NCBI GenBank assembly: GCA_963730185.1 | Contig: CAVSQW010000008.1 | Span: 192,001-256,000 of the forward strand | Direction of reading: 5' to 3' | Length of the DNA stretch: 64,000 bases | From: an uncultured Gemmatimonadales bacterium | Lineage (GTDB): Bacteria > Gemmatimonadota > Gemmatimonadetes > Gemmatimonadales > GWC2-71-9 | Part shown: positions 31,283-39,759 of the stretch, piece by piece | Numbering within the stretch: the stretch's first letter is position 1 | Layout of the letters: the number at the start of each line of letters is the position of its first letter | Position numbers and translations under genes: made by a program | The notes under the pieces: model-generated | Databases searched by the model: none | What the model was told of the DNA's origin: nothing | Seen by the model: only the letters and a program-made list of their open reading frames with translations

Positions 31283-32185
31283 ATGGATAACGGAAACGTG
31301 ATGCTACCGACGGTCCTGCTGGTGGAGGATAGTCCCGACGACGCCTTCCTGCTGCGACTGGCGCTCGAGCAGATTCCCGGCGGGGGTGCCTTCCGGGTTC
31401 GGCACGTCGAAACTCTCGACGCGGCGTTCGCCGTGTTGTGGTCCAAGCAGGTGGACGTGGTCCTGCTTGACCTGGCCCTTCCCGACAGCTTCGGGCTGGG
31501 GACGCTCGAGCTGCTTCTTGGTGAAGCGCCGCACACTCCGGTGGTGGTGCTGACCGGCCTGGCCGACGACGAAGCGGCGGTGCAGGCCGTGGCCATGGGG
31601 GCGCAGGACTACATCGTGAAGGGCGTCGAGTCCGCCTCGATCGCGCGGACGCTCCACCAGGCGATCGTCCGGCACCGGCACGAGACGACCGGCGCCGCCG
31701 GCGAGCTTGCCATGGCCTACCGGACCACGCACGACCCGCTCACCGGCCTGCCCAATCGATTCCTGTTCGTCGATCGTCTCCATCAGAGCGTGGCTCGGGC
31801 TCGGCGCTACCGCGAGCCGGTCGGCCTGCTGACCCTCCGCCTCTGCTCGGCTCCCTGGAACGGGGAGGGGAGGGAGTCGGAAACGAGGGAGGCCGTGCTC
31901 AGAGAGACGGCCCGGCGCCTTCAGGCCAGGACCCGGCGAAGCGACACCGTGGCTCGAATCGAGGACCAGATGTTCGCGGTCCTCCTGGAGCGCGCCCACT
32001 CCCGCCGCGCCGTGGGGGGACACCTGCAGGCGTTGCTCCAGGCCCTCGAGCTGCCGGTGTCCTGTGAGGGGAGCCGGGTCAGCGTGCGGACCAAGCCGGG
32101 ACTCGCCTTTTGCCCCGAAGACGGTGGTGACGGCGATGCCCTCCTTCACGCGGCCCTGAGCGACGCCATGCTGGCCCATGGGTAG
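31283..32185 (+). CDS. REC + degenerate GGDEF protein
   Basis: REC (LLVEDS..LLDLALPD) and HDPLTGLPNR. The A-site reads IEDQM instead of GGDEF; RRSD I-site retained. Confidence 0.85.
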   Translation: MDNGNVMLPTVLLVEDSPDDAFLLRLALEQIPGGGAFRVRHVETLDAAFAVLWSKQVDVVLLDLALPDSFGLGTLELLLGEAPHTPVVVLTGLADDEAAVQAVAMGAQDYIVKGVESASIARTLHQAIVRHRHETTGAAGELAMAYRTTHDPLTGLPNRFLFVDRLHQSVARARRYREPVGLLTLRLCSAPWNGEGRESETREAVLRETARRLQARTRRSDTVARIEDQMFAVLLERAHSRRAVGGHLQALLQALELPVSCEGSRVSVRTKPGLAFCPEDGGDGDALLHAALSDAMLAHG

Positions 32186-33140
32186 CGTCGCCGTCGCCGA
32201 GCCGCTTCAGGTGCTGTTGGTGGAGGACAACTCGGACGACGCCCTCCTGTTCAGCGGCACCTTCGGAGGGCAAGGGCCGGGGGCCTTCGCGGTCACCCAC
32301 GTCCCCTCCCTGCAGGAGGCGGTCCGCGCGATTGGGGAGCGTCCGCCGGACATCATCCTGTTGGACCTTGGGCTTCCGGACTCCGACGGCCTCGATACCC
32401 TGGCTCGGATGCTCGAGGTGACCCATTCGATCCCGATCGCGATCATGACCGGTCGAGACGACGACGACGCGGCGCTAATGGCGGTGCGGGCCGGGGCCCA
32501 GGACTATTTGGTGAAGGGCTACGCCGACAGCCGGACCGTGAGTCGGGTTCTCCGCTATGCGATCGAACGGCATCGGTTGGTGAACGAGCTCGAGGAGGCC
32601 CGACGCCGCGAAGCCTTCCGGGCCACCCACGATGCCCTGACCGGTCTCGCCAACCGGAGCCTCTTCTTCGACCGCCTCGGACACGCGCTGGCGCGAGTCG
32701 GCCGGTATGCCGAATCGTTCGCGGTCGCATTCTTGGATGTCAACGACTTCAAGACGATCAACGATCGTCACGGGCACGACGGAGGTGACCGGGTGCTCCG
32801 GGTGTTGGCCGAACGCCTTCGCCGGACCACTCGAGCGTCGGACACCGTGGCCCGGGTCGGCGGCGACGAGTTCGCGATCGTGATCGAGCGGGTCCAGCGG
32901 GCCGACGCGGACCAGCTGGTGGCCGCGATGATGGAGCGGATTCAGGAGCCGATCGTGGTAGAGACGACGACGCTGTCGCCGACCTTGAGCTACGGCGTGG
33001 CGCACCATCCGGAGGACGGCCAAGATGCCCGGGAGCTGCTCAAGGCCGCGGACGACGCGATGTATCGGATGAAACGGCGGGTCGGCTCCCGAGTCGGGGG
33101 CGCGACCTCGCCGCCGAGCGAACGCCCTAGCTGTAATTGA
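32178..33140 (+). CDS. REC-GGDEF diguanylate cyclase
   Basis: REC, HDALTGLANR, LDVNDFKTIND, RASD I-site and intact GGDEF. The last codons and the stop lie inside the IS end. Confidence 0.92.
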   Translation: MGSVAVAEPLQVLLVEDNSDDALLFSGTFGGQGPGAFAVTHVPSLQEAVRAIGERPPDIILLDLGLPDSDGLDTLARMLEVTHSIPIAIMTGRDDDDAALMAVRAGAQDYLVKGYADSRTVSRVLRYAIERHRLVNELEEARRREAFRATHDALTGLANRSLFFDRLGHALARVGRYAESFAVAFLDVNDFKTINDRHGHDGGDRVLRVLAERLRRTTRASDTVARVGGDEFAIVIERVQRADADQLVAAMMERIQEPIVVETTTLSPTLSYGVAHHPEDGQDARELLKAADDAMYRMKRRVGSRVGGATSPPSERPSCN

Positions 33141-34166
33141 TGAGGAGGTTGTTCACTGAGCCGTAGCGCTGCAAGATGGGGTTTGTCGAGAACACTCAAC
33201 CGGCAAACGCCAGAGGACTCAGTGAACCAGCACAAGTTAGCACGGTTAACACCGGTAGGGCGGCAGGGGATGGTGCGGCGGTTGGAGGGGGGCGAGGGGG
33301 TGGCCCGGGTGGCCCGGCAGCTGGGCCTGAGCACGACCACGGTCCGGCGGTGGTGGCGGCGGTATCAGCAGGAGGGGGTCGCGGGCCTGGCGGATCGCTC
33401 GAGCCGACCCCACCGGTCCCCGCGGGCGACGCCCCGGTGGCGGCGGCGCCAGATTGCCCGGCGCCGGGCAGCACGGCGCAGTTCGCTGGAGATCGCGGCC
33501 GAGCTCCGGGTCCCGCTCTCCACGGTGGTGCAAGTCCAGCGGCGGCTCGGGTGGCGGCGGCTCTCGCCCCTAACGCCGAAGCCCCCGGTCTATCGCTATG
33601 AGCGCCGGGTCCCGGGCGCGCTGGTCCACCTGGACATCAAGAAGCTGGGGCGGATCGGCCGGATTGGGCACCGGATTCATGGCGATCGTCGGACGCGGGT
33701 GCGGGGCATCGGCTGGGAGTACTTGCATGTCGCGATCGACGATGCGACCCGGGTGGCCTACGCCGCCTTGCTGCCCGATGAAACGGCGACGAGCACGGCC
33801 GCCTTCCTGCAGACCGCCGTGGCGTGGTTTGCGGCGCAAGGGATCCGGTGGCGCGCCCTGATGACCGATAACGGCGGGGGCTACCGCAGCCACCGGTTTC
33901 AGGCCCTGCGGCGGCAGCTCAAGATCCGCCACCTCTGGACCCGGCCGTACACGCCGCGCACCAACGGCAAGGCGGAACGCTTCATCCGGACCTGCCTGGC
34001 CCGCTGGGCCTACGCGGCGGCCTACCGGACCTCGTTGGTGCGGGCCCGACACCTGCCCGAGTGGCTGCGATATTACAATCAGGAGCGCCCGCATACGGCG
34101 CTGGGCTTCCAAACCCCGATGCAGCGACTGGCGGCGAAATCGTGAACAACGTCCCCATCAACAACA
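33132..34166 (+). mobile_element. Complete IS481-family insertion sequence (1035 bp)
   Basis: 25-bp TIRs TGTAATTGATGAGGAGGTTGTTCAC and TGTTGTTGATGGGGACGTTGTTCAC (rc; 4 mismatches). 6-bp TSD CCTAGC at 33126-33131 and 34167-34172. Confidence 0.96.
33222..34145 (+). CDS. IS481-family DDE transposase
   Basis: HKLARLTPVGR, LADRSSRP, HLDIKKLG, AIDDATR, MTDNG, RTNGKAERF and YNQERPH. Confidence 0.96.
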   Translation: MNQHKLARLTPVGRQGMVRRLEGGEGVARVARQLGLSTTTVRRWWRRYQQEGVAGLADRSSRPHRSPRATPRWRRRQIARRRAARRSSLEIAAELRVPLSTVVQVQRRLGWRRLSPLTPKPPVYRYERRVPGALVHLDIKKLGRIGRIGHRIHGDRRTRVRGIGWEYLHVAIDDATRVAYAALLPDETATSTAAFLQTAVAWFAAQGIRWRALMTDNGGGYRSHRFQALRRQLKIRHLWTRPYTPRTNGKAERFIRTCLARWAYAAAYRTSLVRARHLPEWLRYYNQERPHTALGFQTPMQRLAAKS

Positions 34167-34167
34167 C

Positions 34168-35352
34168 CTAGCGCCCCGTCGTCAGCGCCGCCAGCACCCG
34201 GTCCACCGCCACCTGCCGGCTCAAGCCGGGGCGACCGGGCAGGATGTTCCAGGCGTTGACCACGATCACCAGGTCGTACTCCGGAATCGCCACCGGCAGC
34301 TGGCCGCCGAACCCCGAGCCGGCCCAGGCCAGCTTGGTGGTGTCGGCGCTGTAGGGCGGAAGCCACCACTTGAGGCCGTAGCGAATCGAGGTCTGACCCA
34401 CCGCGACCGCCGGCCTCACCGACTCCTTGACCCACCCCGGGCTCACGATCTCCCGCCCCGTCCACCGCCCGTTCTGCAGGAACATCTGCCAGATCTTGGC
34501 CAGATCGCGCGGGGCCAGGTAGAGCCCGCCCTCGGTGTCGATCAGCCCGGTGGGCGACCGCTTCCAGAACCACTCGCGAATGTCCAACGGTTCGAACAGG
34601 TGGCGGGCGGCGTACTCCTCGATGTCCTGCCCCGTCGCCTGGTGGAAGATGTAGGCCAGCAGACCCGACACCCCGCTGGAGTAGTTGAACCGGGTCCCCG
34701 GCTCCTCCGCCATCGGCCGATCGATGGTGAACGTGACCCAGTCCGGACTCGCCTCGAGCTGCACCGCCGTGTTCGCGGGGTCGGTGTAGGGGAGGCTCTC
34801 GTCCCAGTCGAGCCCGGCCGTCATGGTCAGGAGGTGGCGGATCGTCATCCGCCGCTTCCGGGCGTCGATGTTCTGGACCTTGGTGGTGTCGAAGAACCGG
34901 AGGACCGGGGTGTCGATGCTGGGGAAGTCGCCCCGGGTCACCGCCACCCCGATGACCACGGATGTCACGGTCTTGGTGACCGACTGGAGCGAGTGGATCC
35001 GGCCGGCGTTCCGGTAGTAGGGATGCCACCAGGGGGCGTAGTAGTTGTAGGGGCTGGTGAAGTCGTGCGAGTTGAGCGGCGACGCCACCTTGGCCTCGGC
35101 CCCGTAGATCGTGGCATAGTCGTGGTCGTAGCGCCGCTCCCAGGCCAGCTTCCCGTGCCGGATCACCAGGAGCCGATCGACGTTGCCGTACTTGCCGGCG
35201 GCGATGTCGGCGTCGAACCCGGCCAAGGTGGCGGAGTCGAGGCCGACCGCCGCGGGCCGAGCCGTGGGCCACTGCCAGGGGCTGTACTGGGCGGAGGCCG
35301 GGGTGGCGATGGTCGCGACCAGCGAGACGGCGGCGAGGAGACGAAGGCGCAT
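34168..35352 (-). CDS. Secreted serine hydrolase, beta-lactamase/class C-like family
   Basis: Signal peptide, SxxK (SVTK), LLTMTAG, YSS and GFGGQ. Confidence 0.88.
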   Translation of the reverse strand: MRLRLLAAVSLVATIATPASAQYSPWQWPTARPAAVGLDSATLAGFDADIAAGKYGNVDRLLVIRHGKLAWERRYDHDYATIYGAEAKVASPLNSHDFTSPYNYYAPWWHPYYRNAGRIHSLQSVTKTVTSVVIGVAVTRGDFPSIDTPVLRFFDTTKVQNIDARKRRMTIRHLLTMTAGLDWDESLPYTDPANTAVQLEASPDWVTFTIDRPMAEEPGTRFNYSSGVSGLLAYIFHQATGQDIEEYAARHLFEPLDIREWFWKRSPTGLIDTEGGLYLAPRDLAKIWQMFLQNGRWTGREIVSPGWVKESVRPAVAVGQTSIRYGLKWWLPPYSADTTKLAWAGSGFGGQLPVAIPEYDLVIVVNAWNILPGRPGLSRQVAVDRVLAALTTGR

Positions 35353-35497
35353 GGGTCGGTCCGGGGTTGAGGCGAGGTGCTCATTGTACCCGGCCGGCCG
35401 GGGCGGCGCGAGTAGACCGGGGAGCGATCAACGACCCGGCCCCTTCCGCCGCCCTTCGTCGGGGGCTAGCGGGCGGTCGTTCTGCGTTGCCCCCGGA

Positions 35498-36322
35498 TCA
35501 GCGGACGAGACGGGCCCGTTCGAGTGTCCGCTCGATGGCGTCGACGATCAGCGCCGGGTCGCTGCCCGGCACGTCGTGGCGGGAGTGGGTGGCCACCACC
35601 AGCTCGCCGGGCGAGGCCCGCTCCGCCAGCGTCTGGTGGCTGGCCCGCCAGTCGCGGTCGGCCTCGTCCGAGCCCCACCAGGGAATGCCGGCGGTGATCA
35701 CCACCACCGGCACTCCGATCTTCGCCTCCGCCGCCGAGCCCCGCTCGGCCAACTCGGCGATGGTGTGGGTGATCCGGTAGGTCACCGTGTCCTGCGCGGT
35801 GGTCGGGTTGGTGATGTCGGGCACGGTGTGCCGGAGCCAGGGGAGACCGATGGCGTGGATGAAGCCGGCATTCATCGGGTCGACCAGGACCAGGCCGGCG
35901 ACCCGGGCCGGCTGCCGCGCCGCGTGCACCAGCGACAGGAGCCCGCCGTACGAGTGGCCGACCAGGACGATCCGCCGAAGGCCCAGCTGATCGAGCCCCC
36001 GATCCAGCTGGTCGAGCTCGGCCTCGGGGGTCAGGTCGATCGGACCGACCTCGCTCGAGCCCATCCCGGCCCGGTCGTAGGCCACCACAGTGGCGCCGGT
36101 GCGGGCGGCGGTCCGGGCCGGTACCTCCTGCCAGGCGTCGAGCGACGCTCCGCCGCCGGCCTGGAAGACCACCGCGACGGGACCCTCGCCCCGCCAGATC
36201 CGAAAGTGGAGCCGCAGGTGGCCGACGTCGATCAACGTGTCGACCGGCGTCGGGAGCGCGGCGGTCGCCGGCGGGATCGGGGCGCCGAAGACCAGCGCCA
36301 TCGAGCCAAGCAGGCTGAGCAT
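35498..36322 (-). CDS. Exported alpha/beta hydrolase
   Basis: YDRAGMG, GHSYGG nucleophile elbow and a C-terminal His (SRHDV). Confidence 0.85.
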   Translation of the reverse strand: MLSLLGSMALVFGAPIPPATAALPTPVDTLIDVGHLRLHFRIWRGEGPVAVVFQAGGGASLDAWQEVPARTAARTGATVVAYDRAGMGSSEVGPIDLTPEAELDQLDRGLDQLGLRRIVLVGHSYGGLLSLVHAARQPARVAGLVLVDPMNAGFIHAIGLPWLRHTVPDITNPTTAQDTVTYRITHTIAELAERGSAAEAKIGVPVVVITAGIPWWGSDEADRDWRASHQTLAERASPGELVVATHSRHDVPGSDPALIVDAIERTLERARLVR

Positions 36323-36435
36323 CAGGATCTCGAGGTCGGGTGACGCGGGCCCATACGTCCGGCCGCCCGTCACGGTTTCGTGATCCCGTCGGCCGCTTCC
36401 GGCCACCCCGCCGCCGGCCGGGATACATTCCTGGC

Positions 36436-37752
36436 ATGGTCACTCGACGCGGCTTCTTCGGCTCCGCCGGCCTGGCCGGCCTCGCGCTCGCCGATCCGAG
36501 GATGGGCGGGCTTCCTCTCCCTGGCAGCCAGGATCCCCTGCCGCCCCTCCACCGACCGACCGGTCCGCCCGAGACGCTCGCCCGCGACGAGGCCTACTGG
36601 CGCCGGGTCGCGGCCTACTACCGGGTCCCGGGCGACTACACCAACCTCGAGGCCGGCTACTTCGGGATGATGGCGGCGCCCGTGCTGGCCGCGTACCACC
36701 GCCACATCGACCGGGTCAATCGGGAGAGCTCGTTTTACGCCCGCCGTCGGTGGGGCGCCGACTTCCAGGCCGCCCGCGATCGGGTGGCCCGGTTCCTGGG
36801 CGCCCAGCCCCAGGAGGTTGCCCTGACCCGGGGGGCCACCGAGGCCCTGCAGCGCCTCATCATGCAGTATCGCGGGGTCGGCCGGGGCGACGTGGTGATG
36901 TACGCCGATCTGGACTACATGGCGATGCAGTACGCGATGAACGCCCTGGCCGAGCAACGGGGGGCGACGGTGGCCCGGCTCACGATTCCCGAGCCGGCCA
37001 GCCGGGCCGCCGTGCTGGCGGCGTACGCCGAGGCCCTGGACCGGCATCCCGGGGTCAGGCTGCTGCTCCTCACTCATCTCAACAACAAGACCGGGCTCAT
37101 CGTGCCGGTCAAGGAGATCGCGGCCCTGGCCCGGGGCCGAGGCGCCGACGTGGTGGTCGACGCGGCCCACTCGTTCGGCCAGTGCGACTTGACCCTGGCC
37201 GACCTGGGCGCGGACTTCGTGGGTCTGAATCTCCACAAGTGGTTGGGGGCGCCGGTCGGGGCCGGCGCGATGTACATCAAGGCCGAGCGGCTCGGCGACA
37301 TCGCCCGGATGCTCGACGACGAGAGCGAGCCGGCCGACAGCATCCAGAGCCGGATTCATACCGGAACCGCCAATTTCGCCACCTTTCTCACCGTGCCGGC
37401 CGCCCTCGACTTCCACGACGCGGTGGGCCCGGCGCTCAAGGCGGCCCGGGTCCGCTACCTCCGCGACCGATGGGTGGATGCCGTCCGCGACCTGCCCGGC
37501 GTCGACGTCCTGACCCCGGACGACCGCGACCTGGTGGCCGCCATCACGTCGTTCCGCCTGCACGGCCGGGGCGGGAAGGCCGAGAACCAGGCGATCGTCG
37601 AGGCCCTGTTCGAGCGCCATCGCCTGTTCACGGTGTGGCGGACCGGGGTCGACGGAGGGGATTGCGTTCGGGTCACGCCGACGCTCTACAACACGCCCGC
37701 CGACGCCGACCGGCTGGCGGGGGCGTTGGGCGAGCTGGCTCGGGAGTCTTGA
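36436..37752 (+). CDS. Class V PLP aminotransferase (isopenicillin-N epimerase/cysteine desulfurase-like) with Tat signal
   Basis: VTRRGFF Tat motif, GATEAL, VDAAHS and NLHKWL (PLP lysine). Confidence 0.87.
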   Translation: MVTRRGFFGSAGLAGLALADPRMGGLPLPGSQDPLPPLHRPTGPPETLARDEAYWRRVAAYYRVPGDYTNLEAGYFGMMAAPVLAAYHRHIDRVNRESSFYARRRWGADFQAARDRVARFLGAQPQEVALTRGATEALQRLIMQYRGVGRGDVVMYADLDYMAMQYAMNALAEQRGATVARLTIPEPASRAAVLAAYAEALDRHPGVRLLLLTHLNNKTGLIVPVKEIAALARGRGADVVVDAAHSFGQCDLTLADLGADFVGLNLHKWLGAPVGAGAMYIKAERLGDIARMLDDESEPADSIQSRIHTGTANFATFLTVPAALDFHDAVGPALKAARVRYLRDRWVDAVRDLPGVDVLTPDDRDLVAAITSFRLHGRGGKAENQAIVEALFERHRLFTVWRTGVDGGDCVRVTPTLYNTPADADRLAGALGELARES

Positions 37753-37817
37753 GGTGAGGCGAGTCACCGTGGGGCTGACGCTGGCGGCGACGCCGACCCG
37801 TTGGAGACGGGCCGCCG

Positions 37818-38618
37818 TTACGTGATCGCCAGACTCCCGAGAAAGTCGAGGATGGCGTGGTTCACGGCCTCGGGCCGTTCCAAGGCGGCGAGATGCCCCG
37901 CGCCGGCGATCTCCTGGAATCGTGACCCGGGCAGGCGCTCGTGGATCCGCCGGGAGACAGCCGGTGGGAGCGCTCGGTCTTCCGCCCCGGCCAGGATCAG
38001 CGTCGGGGCGGTGATCTCGCCCAGCTGCCCGAGCACCGAGTCACGTCCGAGGAGCGCCTCGAGTCCCCGGAGCATGGAGGGGACGTCCTGCGCCGCCATC
38101 CGGTCCCGCCACTCGCGCACCAGGGCGGCCTGCTCCCGGTGCGTGGTGGCACCGAACATCAACCGGACGATCGACGGGAGGAAAGGCCGCATTCCGATCG
38201 ACCGCACCCCGAGCGCCATGGCCCGGTACCGTAGCCGATGCCAGCCGGTCTCCTCCCCCGCGTCGCTGTCGAGCAGCACCAGACCCGCCACCCGATCGGG
38301 ATGCCGTAGGGCGGCCCGAAGCGCGACCATCCCGCCGATCGAGAGCCCAATCCAGACCGCCCGTGCCACTTGAAGGTGGTCGAGGATCGCGAGCGCGTCG
38401 CCGACGGCGTCGTAGAGCGTGAAGGGCGTCGTGGTGGGGGCCGAGGCGCCATGGCCACGGAGGTCCGGAGTGACGATTCGGTAGCGCCGCTCGAGGCTCG
38501 CCACCTGAGCGCGCCACATCGCCCCCGAGCAGAGAAAGCTGTGCCCCAGGAGCAGCGCGGGGCCCGCGCCGCTCACCTCGTAATGAAGCCGCTGGCCCTG
38601 ATGGAGGAGAACCGGCAC
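37818..38618 (-). CDS. Alpha/beta hydrolase (enol-lactonase-like)
   Basis: PDLRGHG, GLSIGG, GAEDRAL and AGHL; GTG start inferred. Confidence 0.85.
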   Translation of the reverse strand: MPVLLHQGQRLHYEVSGAGPALLLGHSFLCSGAMWRAQVASLERRYRIVTPDLRGHGASAPTTTPFTLYDAVGDALAILDHLQVARAVWIGLSIGGMVALRAALRHPDRVAGLVLLDSDAGEETGWHRLRYRAMALGVRSIGMRPFLPSIVRLMFGATTHREQAALVREWRDRMAAQDVPSMLRGLEALLGRDSVLGQLGEITAPTLILAGAEDRALPPAVSRRIHERLPGSRFQEIAGAGHLAALERPEAVNHAILDFLGSLAIT

Positions 38619-38784
38619 AGGGCCGAATGTAGCGAGCCGCCCGGCCCCAGGTGTATCGCAGGGCTGGCGGTCGGGACTTCCTGTGGGGCCCGGACCAGTC
38701 CAGACTTCGAGACGGGCAGGGCTTTTCCCGCACCCCGGCCGGGTGAGGCCCTGCCCGTTCGTCCCTCCTTCGGAGACCGCGCTC

Positions 38785-39689
38785 ATGTCCATCCGTCCCG
38801 TCAAACGTCTCATCAAGGCCAAGCCGACTCTCGAGGGTGCCGGCGTGCATCTCCGCCGCGCCTTCGGGTTCGGCGACACCTCCGAGACCGATCCCTTCTC
38901 TGCTGCTCGACGATTTCCGCAACGATGTCCCTGACGACTATCTCGCCGGATTTCCCTGGCATCCTCATCGCGGCATCGAGACCATCACCTACGTGCTGGC
39001 CGGGACCGTCGAGCACGGCGACAGCATGGGCAACCGCGGTACCATCGGCGCCGGCGACGATCCAGTGGATGACCGCGGGGCGGGGCATCATCCACCAGGA
39101 GATGCCCAAGGGTGATCCGGCCGGCCGGATGCACGGCTTCCAGCTCTGGGCCAACCTGCCCTCGTCGCTCAAGATGACGGACCCGCGCTACCAGGAGGTG
39201 AAGGCCGCCGACATCCCCGAGGTCACCGACGACGACGGCACCCGGGTCAGGGTCGTCTGCGGTGAGTTCTGGGGGAAGCGGGGACCGGTCGATGGCATCG
39301 CGGCGGATCCGATCTACCTCGACGTGTCGGTGCCGCCCGGCCAGCGGAAGTCTCTCCCGGTCGAGACCACCCGTCACGCGTTCGCCTACGTGTTCGCCGG
39401 TGAGGGGAAGTTCTCCAACGCTTCGGGGCCGCTCGCCGTGCCGACCGAGAGCGTAGGATGGCTGGACACGGCGCCGCCCGACACCGCGGACGACCGGTCG
39501 CTGGTCCTGTTCGATCGGGGCGACGAGGTCGTGGTGCAGGCTGGCGAAGAGGGGATCCGGTTCCTGCTGGTGTCCGGCCGGCCCCTGGTCGAGCCCGTGG
39601 CCTGGTACGGTCCGATCGTGATGAACACCCAGGCTGAGTTGCGCCAGGCCTTCGAGGAGCTCCAAGAGGGCACCTTCCTCAAGGGCTGA
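38785..39689 (+). CDS. Pirin family protein; two +1 frameshifts (~38898, ~39059)
   Basis: EGAGV..DPF/LLLDDF..WHPHRGIETITY..HGDSMGN..GD/IQWMTAGRGIIHQEMP..QLWANLP..YGPIVMNT, read across three frames. Confidence 0.9.
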
Positions 39690-39703
39690 GTGTTGTTCCA
39701 GGT

Positions 39704-39733
39704 TGAAACCATTTGGACACGCCGTGCGTCCAA
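39704..39733 (+). promoter_or_regulatory. ECF-sigma-type promoter (TGAAAC-17-CGTC) upstream of the PBP gene
   Basis: TGAAAC at 39704-39709 and CGTCCAA at 39727-39733; matches the generic ECF AAC/CGT consensus. Confidence 0.55.
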
Positions 39734-39759
39734 TGAGATATCGACGCCCGGAGTTCCTC

